Source: an uncultured Acidobacteriota bacterium (lineage in GTDB: Bacteria > Acidobacteriota > JAQAZP01). From it: a DNA stretch of 64,000 bases. The translations under genes were made by a program, and so were the position numbers. Under the pieces are notes generated by a model that ran no database searches, was not told where the DNA came from, and saw only the letters and a program-made list of their open reading frames with translations. Shown here piece after piece: positions 26,596 through 37,500 of the stretch (the stretch's first letter is position 1; each line of letters starts with the position of its first letter). The stretch covers positions 3,200,001 to 3,264,000 of the forward strand of contig CAWIIB010000009.1 in NCBI GenBank assembly GCA_963836075.1. Direction: 5' to 3'.

Positions 26596-27984
26596 TCAGC
26601 CGGCGAGTTCGTTGAAGTAGTGGGCCGAGGCCTCGATGCCGGTGAAGAAGTTGGGCAGGTGGAGCTTTTCGTTGGGGGCGTGAAGGTTTTCGTCGGGGAC
26701 GCCAAAACCCATCAGCACCGTGGGGGCGCCGAGGATCTTCTGGAAGTCGGCGACGATGGGGATCGAACCGCCCTCACGGGTGGTGAGCACCTTTTTGCCG
26801 AAAGCCTTTTTCAGTGCCCGCATGGCCGCCTGGGTGGCCGGATTGTCCAGCGGGGTCATTGCAGGGTCTCCGCCGTGGAGGTCCAGCACCTCGATGCGCA
26901 CCGAGCGCGGGGCGAGCTTTTTCACATGCTGAGTGAACAGCCGGGCGATCTTCTTCGGGTCCTGGTTGGGCACCAGCCGCATACTGATCTTGGCCATCGC
27001 TTTCGAGGCGATCACCGTTTTGGCCCCCTTGCCCTCATAGCCGCCGGAGATGCCGTTGACGTCGAGGGTGGGGCGGGCCGACTGCCGCTCGGCGGCGGTG
27101 TAGCCCTGCTCGCCGGCCAGTTCCCGCACGTCCAGCTGCCGCTTGAACGAGGTGTCGGTCACCCGGAGGGCGGCGTACGCCTTCCGCTCGGCGGCGGTAA
27201 GCTTGATCACGTCGTCGTAGAAGCCGGGGATGGCCACCCGGCCCCGGGCATCGGTCAGCCGGGCCACGATATCGCACAGCACGTTGATCGGGTTGGCCGC
27301 GATGCCGCCAAAAGTGCCGGAGTGCAGGTCGCTGTTCGGGCCGGTGATGCGCAGCTCCATGAAAGACAGGCCGCGGAGACCATAGCAGATGGACGGCTTG
27401 CCGTAGTCGAACATCGGTGTGTCGGAGACCACCACCGAGTCGGCCTTGAGCAGGTTGCGGTGCTTCTTCATCAGCGGCACGAGATTGGGACTGCCGATCT
27501 CCTCCTCGCCCTCGAAGATGAACTTCACGTTCACCGGCAGCTTGCCGTTGACCTTGAGGTGCGCCTCCACCGCCAGCAGGTGGATGAAGAGCTGGCCCTT
27601 GTCGTCCGCGGCACCCCGGGCGTAGAGGTCCTTGGCCCCCTTGACCTTGTTCGAGGGGCGGACGTCGGGCTCGAAGGGCGGCGTTTTCCAGAGATTCAGC
27701 GGGTCCACCGGCTGGACGTCGTAGTGCCCGTAGACCAGCACGGTGGGCTGGTCCTTGCCCGCCTTGCACCACTCGCCATAGACCGCCGGGTGGCCGCCGG
27801 TGGCCATCACCTTCACCCCGAAGAGGCCGGCCTTCTTCATCCGCGCGGCGAGGTGTTTCGCCGCCGTCTTCATGTCCTTCCTGTGTTCCTTCTCCGAGGA
27901 GATGCTGGGGATCTTGAGCAGTTCCACCAGTTCAGCGAGATATTCCCCCTGGTGGGAACGAACGTATTCCAGAACCTTGTCCAT
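26596..27984 (-). CDS. M20 family dipeptidase
   Basis: YGHYDVQP, ARGAADDKG, EGEEEIGS, DLHSG, GGSIP and HAPNEK. Confidence 0.92.
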   Translation of the reverse strand: MDKVLEYVRSHQGEYLAELVELLKIPSISSEKEHRKDMKTAAKHLAARMKKAGLFGVKVMATGGHPAVYGEWCKAGKDQPTVLVYGHYDVQPVDPLNLWKTPPFEPDVRPSNKVKGAKDLYARGAADDKGQLFIHLLAVEAHLKVNGKLPVNVKFIFEGEEEIGSPNLVPLMKKHRNLLKADSVVVSDTPMFDYGKPSICYGLRGLSFMELRITGPNSDLHSGTFGGIAANPINVLCDIVARLTDARGRVAIPGFYDDVIKLTAAERKAYAALRVTDTSFKRQLDVRELAGEQGYTAAERQSARPTLDVNGISGGYEGKGAKTVIASKAMAKISMRLVPNQDPKKIARLFTQHVKKLAPRSVRIEVLDLHGGDPAMTPLDNPATQAAMRALKKAFGKKVLTTREGGSIPIVADFQKILGAPTVLMGFGVPDENLHAPNEKLHLPNFFTGIEASAHYFNELAG

Positions 27985-28004
27985 GGCTGCCCTCCGCTGT
28001 TTCT

Positions 28005-29699
28005 CTAGTCAAGTTCGTAGTGCGGGTCGATGTCCACCGGCACGTCGTTCAACCGGGCCAGGGCCGCCTCGACGGTTGGCGGCACACTGCCGTATGTTTT
28101 CATGAATGCCGCGGCGCCTTCGTAGTCGCCTTCCGCCTGCAGGGTCAGCAGGGCGGTGGCCAGCTTGCTGAAACCATCGGCCACCGTCTCCTGGTTGACG
28201 CCAAACCGTCCGCTGGCCTCGTCAAAATAGTACCCCCCGTGCTCCAGCATGAAGTTGAGGATCATGATGTTCGCCTTGCCGTGGGCTGCCCCCACGCCAA
28301 AGCGGATGGAGCGGAAGATGCCGCCGAGAAAGGTGATATAGGCTTTCTCGGCCCGCTCCGCGGCCAGTTCGCCCTGGTCCACCAGGTACTGGATGTTGTA
28401 GACACCCAGCGTGTCGGCCTTGGCTTCCTCCATCCCGGAGTACAGTTCCTTGAACTCCTTGGCCACAGTGGTCTGCCGGCCCTCGATGGTCAGGTTTCCC
28501 GGCCCGAGACCGTGGGAGACCTCGTGCAGCAGGGTGTGGTTGAAGAAGGCCTCGAAGTCGGTCTGCTCGGCCAGCCCCTCCTCAAGCACCACCCTGGCGA
28601 TGGGGATGTAGATTTTTTCGTACTTCGCCTGCAGCACGTTCTTCAGCATCACCTTTTTCGAGCCCTTGGCCTCCCGCACCCGCTCGTCGTTGGGCAGGTT
28701 GAAGGCCAGGGTCTGCACCCCGGCGCGGGTGTCGCCGGCGCTGATCGCCACGTCCACCACCGAGATGGGTGACTCGGTGCCGCGGTTGAAGTTTTTATAC
28801 TCGTCGGGGATCGGCAGGTTGCGCTCCATGGCCGGCAGGTGCCCCTTGATCGAGTCCAGACGGGCGCTCTCCACCGGGTCGCGGAGGCAGATAAAGGCCT
28901 CGAAGGCCGCCTTGAAGTTGAAGAGGTTGTCCTCGTAGACCTCGTAGGGCCCGATGGTGACGTCGATCAGGTTGTCGCTGATGTCCATCCAGTCCATGTC
29001 GCTCTGGTAGTAGTCGTTGGACAGGAATGCGTCGGCGCGGCTGATCAGAAAAGTGCGCAAGGAGTCGTTGTCGGTAAGCTCTGCTGCCCGGCGCAGGTGG
29101 GCGGCGGCCTTTTCCAGCTCGGGGCGGTAGAACTCCGAGTAGGGGATGGCCTGCAGGGCACCGTTCTCGCGGCGAATCACGGTGAAGGTGTTCTCCAGCG
29201 CGTCGCGGTCCTCGGGGTGCCCGGTGATCCAGTCCTCGAACTCCTCCCTGGTCATGTCTTCGGGATAGAAGTTTGCCCCCTTGGGCTTTGCGGCGTCGCC
29301 GATAAACGGGGTATCCTCCTCCAGGCGGTCGAAGGGGCCGTAGTTGATGCGGAAAAAGTCGCGCAGCACAGCGTTATCCGGTCCGCTGCCCGCCGCCAGC
29401 TTGTCGCGGATTTCAGCGTTGCGGCTGTAGACCTGACCGAAGAAGATCCCGTCGATCACCTTGGCTGCAGCCACCAGCTCGTCCAGCACGGCACGCTGGT
29501 TTTCGTCCAGCAGGTCCAGGTTGCATTCCATGTCATGGCGGGCGTACTTGGCCAGTTGCTGGCGGGCATAATCCACCTTGGCCAGCGGTTCCGGGCCCGG
29601 GGACGCGTCCTGCTCCCGGGGCCCGGAACAACCGGCGGCCAGGGCCAGGCCGGCCAGGCTGAGGAAGAGCAGCACGAGCTGCAGTGTGGGGATACGCAT
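28005..29699 (-). CDS. M49 family peptidase (dipeptidyl-peptidase III-like) lipoprotein
   Basis: Lipobox LAAGC, IGPYEVYED, AFNLPNDE, HEVSHGLG and EEAKAD. Confidence 0.88.
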   Translation of the reverse strand: MRIPTLQLVLLFLSLAGLALAAGCSGPREQDASPGPEPLAKVDYARQQLAKYARHDMECNLDLLDENQRAVLDELVAAAKVIDGIFFGQVYSRNAEIRDKLAAGSGPDNAVLRDFFRINYGPFDRLEEDTPFIGDAAKPKGANFYPEDMTREEFEDWITGHPEDRDALENTFTVIRRENGALQAIPYSEFYRPELEKAAAHLRRAAELTDNDSLRTFLISRADAFLSNDYYQSDMDWMDISDNLIDVTIGPYEVYEDNLFNFKAAFEAFICLRDPVESARLDSIKGHLPAMERNLPIPDEYKNFNRGTESPISVVDVAISAGDTRAGVQTLAFNLPNDERVREAKGSKKVMLKNVLQAKYEKIYIPIARVVLEEGLAEQTDFEAFFNHTLLHEVSHGLGPGNLTIEGRQTTVAKEFKELYSGMEEAKADTLGVYNIQYLVDQGELAAERAEKAYITFLGGIFRSIRFGVGAAHGKANIMILNFMLEHGGYYFDEASGRFGVNQETVADGFSKLATALLTLQAEGDYEGAAAFMKTYGSVPPTVEAALARLNDVPVDIDPHYELD

Positions 29700-30051
29700 G
29701 GAAACTCCTCCTGATGATCGGTGCCGGGCGGCAACCAGAGGTGGCCGCGCTGATCCGGCGGGGTATGGGTAAAGCCTCACCGTAGCTGTTGACGACAGAA
29801 ACGGTATTATAGGGTATATCGTTCGATGAGCGAAGCGGGCGCAGATCCCCGGCGGTGTGAAGAAAGGTGTCCTTTGCAGAGGACGATCCGTGGTGCCTCC
29901 GCGGGGGTTCCCCTGGCTATTGCGTCTGTTTTCTTCAATCCCGGAGCCTGGGCTTCAGGCGGCACGGTGTTTGCTTTACAGGTGGGTGGTTACCGTCTTT
30001 CATGGCCATGCAGGTCCGTGATATTGATAGAGTCAAGAGGAGGAACAGCCG

Positions 30052-30888
30052 ATGAACGGTCAGCAGCGACAGAGGTGGATGATGCGGGTGGCGGGAATGG
30101 CAATGGTCGTGCTGGCCGCCGGTCTCTGCGGAGGAACAGCCGTTGCCGGACTCGAGTCGGGGCCGGGGGTCTGGTTCGACGCCGGCTTTGGCTGGGGCAC
30201 CATGGGGGATTCGATGTATTCCAGCGCCCGCTGGCGTGACGGGGCGCTGGTCAACGTGGAGGAATACTGGGATCTGCGGTTCAGCGGGGGAGCCGGCCCG
30301 GCCTTCGGTGCGGCGTTGTTCTACCGCTTCAACCCCTGGCTGAGCCTCGAGCTGGAGGGCCGGGGCCTCTACTCCTACCCCAGCATCAGTACCGAGTACA
30401 ACATTTACTGGGACTGGGACGACGGCCGGTCACTCTGGAACGCCTACCGCGGCTACCGCTACGAAAACCCGCGGATGCGGTCCCTGGTGGGCAGCCTCAA
30501 CCTGGTGACCCACCTCACCGACCACGGGCCGCTGCGGCCGTATCTCAGCTTCGGCTTCTCGGCCTTTGACACGCAGATCCGGGGGAGTTACGACACGGCT
30601 TACGCCTACACCTACTCCAGCGGCGACTACCAGTATCTCGACTTCGAATACCCGGTGATCGATTTCGGGGCCGACACCAGTTCGGTGGGCTTCAACGCCG
30701 GAGTGGGCGGAGACATCCAGATCAACCGCCGGATGGCGGTCACCTTCATGGTCAAATACTACTACTCGGAGAGGAAGGACGTGAACCTGCGGGTGGTGGG
30801 GGGTGTCTATCCCGAACTGGACAACTTCGTCATGAGGGTGGATCCCTCGTTCTGGATCACCACCGGCGGGATCAAGTTCATGTTCTGA
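30052..30888 (+). CDS. Outer-membrane beta-barrel protein (OmpA/OmpW-like membrane domain)
   Basis: Signal peptide, alternating beta-strand pattern, RPYLSFG, GFNAGVGG and C-terminal GIKFMF ending in Phe. Confidence 0.8.
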   Translation: MNGQQRQRWMMRVAGMAMVVLAAGLCGGTAVAGLESGPGVWFDAGFGWGTMGDSMYSSARWRDGALVNVEEYWDLRFSGGAGPAFGAALFYRFNPWLSLELEGRGLYSYPSISTEYNIYWDWDDGRSLWNAYRGYRYENPRMRSLVGSLNLVTHLTDHGPLRPYLSFGFSAFDTQIRGSYDTAYAYTYSSGDYQYLDFEYPVIDFGADTSSVGFNAGVGGDIQINRRMAVTFMVKYYYSERKDVNLRVVGGVYPELDNFVMRVDPSFWITTGGIKFMF

Positions 30889-30900
30889 CGGCGGGAGCCG

Positions 30901-31140
30901 CTACTGCTCTTCCTCGGGGACGACGATCAGACGGTATCCCGGGATCTTCACCTCTTCCACCTTGCAGCTGGTGCTGTCACTGCTCTCGGGGACGCGTTTG
31001 TTCTTGCGGCACCCCTGGAACGCCGCCCCGGCGTTGGTGCCGACCTCCAGGCTCCAGCAGGAATAGGGGCCCATGTGGGAGACCAGGAACAGTTTCAGGT
31101 CCTCTTTGCCGTCCGCAGCCTGTTTTTCGCTGTTGCTCAT
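30901..31140 (-). CDS. Small hypothetical protein downstream of iscSU
   Basis: 79-aa ORF with a GAGG RBS, same strand as iscU and 63 bp after it. No recognisable family. Confidence 0.6.
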   Translation of the reverse strand: MSNSEKQAADGKEDLKLFLVSHMGPYSCWSLEVGTNAGAAFQGCRKNKRVPESSDSTSCKVEEVKIPGYRLIVVPEEEQ

Positions 31141-31203
31141 GACCAGATAATACCTCTCGGGAAATGATGAGCGCCCCGGTGCCCGCAGGACCGGGGCCGC
31201 CGG

Positions 31204-31590
31204 TCAGCTGTTGTCTGCCTTGGCCTGCTTGTCCCGGTAGTTCTCGATGGCCGCCTTGAGCGCGTCCTCAGCCAGCACCGAGCAGTGCAGTTTCACCGGA
31301 GGCAGTCCGTCCAGGGCTTCAGCCACCGCCTTGTTGGAGATGGTCAACGCCTCGTCGACAGTTTTGCCCACCACCATTTCGGTGAGGATCGAGCTGGTGG
31401 CGATGGCTGCCCCGCAGCCGAAGGTTTTGAATTTGGCGGCGGTGATCACGTCGTTCTCGATCCGGATGGACAGTTTCATCACGTCGCCGCAGGCCGGGTT
31501 GCCCACGGTACCGATGCCGTCGGCGTTCTCAATGATCCCCACGTTGCGGGGGTTTTCGTAGTGGTCAACTACCTTGTCGCTGTATTCCAT
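31204..31590 (-). CDS. iscU: Fe-S cluster scaffold protein IscU/NifU
   Basis: YSDKVVDHYENPRNVG, GNPACGDVM, FKTFGCGAAIA and LPPVKLHCS. Confidence 0.95.
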   Translation of the reverse strand: MEYSDKVVDHYENPRNVGIIENADGIGTVGNPACGDVMKLSIRIENDVITAAKFKTFGCGAAIATSSILTEMVVGKTVDEALTISNKAVAEALDGLPPVKLHCSVLAEDALKAAIENYRDKQAKADNS

Positions 31591-31645
31591 GATTCCTTCT
31601 CTACTTTATACAGGTGTGTTGCAATTCAGTTCCGGGCGCCGAATG

Positions 31646-32800
31646 TCAGTCGGCCAGTGGTGACATGGCCCGCAGCCGGGTCAGGGCGGCGCTCAGTTCC
31701 TCGACCAGCCGGTCCACCTGCGCCTCGGTGTTGCTGTGGCCGAGACCGAACCGGATGGAGCAGTGGGCCATCACCTCCTCGATTCCAGTGGCCATCAGCA
31801 CGTAGGATGCCTGCAGCGACTCCGAGGTGCATGCCGAACCGGAAGAAAGGGCGAACCCCTTGAGGGCCATCATGATCGACTCGCCCTCGACGTGGTCGAA
31901 ACTCAGGTTCAGGTTGCCGGGCAGCCGTTTCTCCGGGTGGCCGTTGAGATGCACACCATCGACCTTCCCGATTATCCCCTTGTGCAGCCTGTCGCGCAAG
32001 GCGGAAAGACGTCTACCTTCTTCGTCCATCTCTTCGCCGGCCAGCCGGCAGGCCGCACCGAGACCGACGATCCCCGGCACGTTTTCCGTGCCCGAGCGCA
32101 GTCTTCGCTCCTGCCCTCCGCCATGGGTCAGGGGGACCAGGCGGTTCTTGCCCCGGAGGTAGAGTGCGCCCACACCCTTGGGCCCATACATCTTGTGGCC
32201 GGAAAGCGAGAGCAGGTCGGCGTTGATCTCGTCGACGTTGATCGGGATCTTGCCCACCGCCTGGACCGCGTCGGTGTGGAAGAGGATGCCCTGCTCCCTG
32301 GTGATTGCACCGATCTCGGCGACGGGCATGATGGTGCCCACTTCGCTGTTCGCCGCCTGGATGCTGACCAGGATGGTCTCGGGGCGGATCGCCGCCTTCA
32401 CCGCTGCCGGATCAACCATGCCAAAATTGTCCACCGGCAGAACGGTCACCTCGAAATCAGACTTCTCCAGAAAGGAGCAGGGATCGAGAATGGCCTTGTG
32501 CTCCACGACACTGGTGATGATGTGGTTGCCTTTTTTCCGCAACCGCTGCGCAATACCTTTCACCGCCAGATTGTCCGATTCTGTGGCGCCGCTGGTGAAG
32601 ATGATTTCCCTGGGCTCGGCCCCGATCAACTGTGCCACTTCACCGCGCGCTTTTTCTACCGCTTTGCGGGCATACCGGCCCACCCGGTGGGTGGAGCTGG
32701 ACGCATTGCCGAAGTGCTCGGTGAGAAAGGGCATCATCTCCTCGAGTACCCGCGGGTCAAGGGGTGTGGTGGCGTGGTGGTCCATGTAAACCATATCCAT
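31646..32800 (-). CDS. iscS: Cysteine desulfurase IscS/NifS
   Basis: YMDHHATTP, FTSGATESDN, HTDAVQ, SGHKMYGPKG and SSGSACTS. Confidence 0.95.
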   Translation of the reverse strand: MDMVYMDHHATTPLDPRVLEEMMPFLTEHFGNASSSTHRVGRYARKAVEKARGEVAQLIGAEPREIIFTSGATESDNLAVKGIAQRLRKKGNHIITSVVEHKAILDPCSFLEKSDFEVTVLPVDNFGMVDPAAVKAAIRPETILVSIQAANSEVGTIMPVAEIGAITREQGILFHTDAVQAVGKIPINVDEINADLLSLSGHKMYGPKGVGALYLRGKNRLVPLTHGGGQERRLRSGTENVPGIVGLGAACRLAGEEMDEEGRRLSALRDRLHKGIIGKVDGVHLNGHPEKRLPGNLNLSFDHVEGESIMMALKGFALSSGSACTSESLQASYVLMATGIEEVMAHCSIRFGLGHSNTEAQVDRLVEELSAALTRLRAMSPLAD

Positions 32801-32921
32801 GATCAATTCCTCTGCATCCGCCGCAAACCTTCCGGACCCCCTGGTGCGGAAGATTGCCGGCAGAACAAAAGCCTGCCGGGGGCGATCCCGCCAGGCTCGA
32901 TGCTCACCATGTATCATGCCG

Positions 32922-32963
32922 ATAATCGACCAATATTATGGGAGATAGGACGGTTGGTGTCAA
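32922..32963 (-). promoter_or_regulatory. Sigma70 promoter of iscSU overlapped by a candidate Rrf2 (IscR/CymR-type) operator
   Basis: Minus strand TTGACA-N17-CATAAT (32963 to 32935). ATAATCGACCAATATTATGGGAGAT at 32922-32946 resembles 25-bp Rrf2 boxes. Confidence 0.55.
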
Positions 32964-33054
32964 GTGGCGTTGCAATTGAGATCATTGATATTACACTATG
33001 CAGACCTGAGTCGGCTGCCCGACGGCGGCCTGGACATGTCAAGGAGACAAAACT

Positions 33055-34299
<1,245 letters not shown>

Positions 34300-34546
34300 T
34301 CAGCGCTCGTCGGTGACCGGAATTCCTGTCTGCCGGCCGGCCGGCCGGGCAGGGGCAGCCTTTTCTTGCCAAAGCGGATCTTATTCATATATATTTAGGG
34401 GTATATGGTGCGCCTCCAGGGGAGGCGTGTCCGTCCGGGACCGGAGGATCCTTCCACCGGTGGCCGGCTCCTGATCCCCTGAAGTGCGATCCGGGGGGCT
34501 TTGGGGAGCCCCTCAATCCTGTGCCCACAATCTGGAGGAACGACAC

Positions 34547-37500
34547 ATGAGGAGAGTTTTTGCACTCCTGCTGGTTGCCGTCGTGTTCTGCGCTCTTGCC
34601 GGAACCGCCACGGCCGGTGTTTTACACGACGGGCTGGCCAAGGATCTGGCCAACCGGCCTGACACTGAATTCTATAAAGTTATCGTGAGACTGGCCGACC
34701 GGGCCGACGTGGTCTCACTCAACGCCCAGCTGAAGCGCGAGGGGGCGACCCTGGCCCTGCGCCACCAGTACGTGGTGGAAGCGCTGCAGACCGTGGCCCA
34801 GGACAGCCAGCCGCGGTTGACCGACTATCTGCAAAAGCAGGTGCTCAGCGGCGAAGTGCGCGACTTCAGGACTTTCTGGATCGAAAACCTCGTCGGTGTG
34901 GAAGCCACGGTGGGCGAGATCAAGAAGATCGCCCAGCGCCCCGAGGTGGAACTGGTCTACATCGACTACATCATCGAGACCATCGCCCCGGTGGAGAACC
35001 CCAAGGTCGGTCCCACCGAACCACGCAAGGAAGGGCAGGCCGTCCGGGCCATCGAGCCGGGTATTGCCGCGATCAAGGCTCCCGAAGCCTGGGCCCTGGG
35101 TTACACCGGTCTGGGCCGGGTGATCGCCAACATGGACACCGGCGTGGACGGCAACCACGAAGCGCTGGCCTCCCGCTGGCGCGGTCTCACCGAGCCGGCC
35201 GCCGAGTGCTGGTTCGACCCGGTGACCTCCACCACCTTCCCCTTCGACTCCGGTTCCCACGGCACGCACACCATGGGCACCATCGCCGGCTACACCGCGG
35301 CTAACGAGATCGGCGTGGCCAAGGATGCCCAGTGGATCTCCGCCGGGGTCATCGACCGCGTGGACATCCCCACCACCATGACCGACGCCGTGGCGGCCTT
35401 CCAGTGGTTCGCCGACCCGGACGGCAACCCGGGCACCGTTGACGACGTGGCCGACGCGGTGGGCAACTCCTGGGGCATCAGCCCGATCTACCACGGGTCG
35501 TACATCACCGGCCCCTGCGACGTGACGTTCTGGACCGCCATCGACAACTGCGAGGCGGCCGGATGCGCGGTGATCTTCTCCGCCGGCAACGAGGGGCCCA
35601 CCGTGGCTTCCCTGCGCACACCCGGCGACCGGGCAGATTCTCCGTACAACGCGTTCTCCGTGGGATCGGTGGACGCCACCAACTACAGCTTCCCCTATCC
35701 CATCTCCAGTTTCTCCAGCCTCGGACCCGGCTGTAACGACGAGATCAAGCCCGAAGTGGTGGCCCCGGGGACCGACGTCCGCAGCTCGGTGCCGGGTAAC
35801 AGCTATTCCAGTTTCAGCGGCACGTCCATGGCTTCGCCCCACGTCACCGGATCGGTGGCCGTTCTGCGGCAGGTGGACCCCAACCTCGACGTGGACACGA
35901 TCAAGGACATCCTGCTCACCACCGCCGTGGACCTGGGCCCCGTGGGCGAGGAAAACACCTTCGGCATGGGGATCATCGACCTTGAGCAGGCGGTGATCTA
36001 CGCTTCCCAGGGCTTCGGCACGGTGCAGGGCAATGTGTCCGACTCCGGCTCATCGGCCCCGATCCCGGCCCGGGTGGAAGAACTGAGCAGCGGCCGTATC
36101 GTCTATGCCAACGAGGTCACCGGCGACTACAGCATGTCCGCCGCCGGCGACCAGAGCTATACCTTTGAAGCCACCTATTTCGGCTACCTGCCCCAGCAGC
36201 AGATGGCCTACGTGCCGGTGGACGGCACGGTGACCGTGGACTTCAGCCTCGACCCGGCCCCCGCCGGCATTCTCCAGGGGACGGTGACCGACCTGGAAGG
36301 CACGCCCATCGACGGCGCCGTGATCTCGGTGCTCGGCACACCGCTGGCCCCGGAGACCACCAACGCCTCCGGGTTCTACCAGTTCACCACCATTCCCGGC
36401 GGTTCGACCTACTCCATCCATGTGGCCGCCATCGGTTACGGCGAGGATATGGCCAGCGTTTTTGTCCCGGTGGGCGACACGGTGGTGCAGGACTTCTCGC
36501 TCACCCCGGCCGAAGCTTTCGAGATCAGCGACGGCAATTTCATCGGCAGCGGCGAGTGGGAGTGGGGCGAGGCCACGGCCGGCCCCTCCGCGGCGCACTC
36601 GGGGCTCAAGCTCTGGGGCACCGACCTCGATTCCACCTACGACAACAGTGCGGTCTACACCCTGGACAGCCGCGAATACTCGTTCAACGATCCGAGCGCG
36701 GCCCTCGGTTTCTACCACTGGCGCTCCATCGAGACCGGTTACGACGGCGGCAATGTGAAAATCTCCACCGACGGCGGCGGCAGCTGGACCCTGCTGCTCC
36801 CCGACGGCGGCTACCCCGATGACAGCATCACCGGTCTGGGTGAGCCCGGTTTCACCGGCAGCGGCGAGTGGGAGCTGGTGACCTTCGACTGCAGCGCCTA
36901 TCTCGGCCAGACGGCGATCTTCCGCTGGACCTTCGGCACCGACAGTTCGGTGGCCTACGACGGCTGGTATATCGACGATGTCATCGTCTGGGGCGCGTCC
37001 AGCGAACTGCTGCTTCCCGACATGGTGCTGTCGGCCAGTGAGATCCACCTCTACGCCGACCCCGGCGGTACGGCCAGCGAGACGCTGACCTTCACCAACA
37101 ACGGTGACGGCTACCTCAACTTCTCCATCGCCGCCTTGGTGGATTCCGGCGCGGCCAGCGGTTCCGGAGGCCCGGATACCTACGGCTACAGCTGGCGGGA
37201 CAGCGACGAGGCGGGCGGCCCGGCCTACGGCTGGATCGACATCACCGGCATCGGCACCCAGATCCTCGGTCTGGGCGACGACACCAATGTCGGGCCTTAC
37301 GACATCGGGTTTACCTTCAACTACTACGGTGCGGCATACACCCAGTTCAATTTCTGCACCAACGGCTGGATCAGCTTCACCTCGACGCTGAGTTCCTACA
37401 GCAACACCGGCATTCCCAGCACCAGCGCGCCGCTGAACATGCTCGCCCTGTTCTGGGATGACCTCAACTTCAACGACGGGGGTACGGCGTACTACTACAG

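Noticed and set aside
29826-30051. Possible 6S or other ncRNA before the beta-barrel gene
   Set aside because: I could not establish a continuous long stem or any diagnostic motif by eye.
32964-33054. ZTP or glycine riboswitch before glyA
   Set aside because: Only a loose GCC..CCTGGAC resemblance. The conserved aptamer core is absent and the space is short.
34400-34546. c-di-AMP riboswitch-like leader before the S8 protease
   Set aside because: It has GC hairpins, but the conserved ydaO elements (GCUGAAUC, GUCAGCUAA) are missing.
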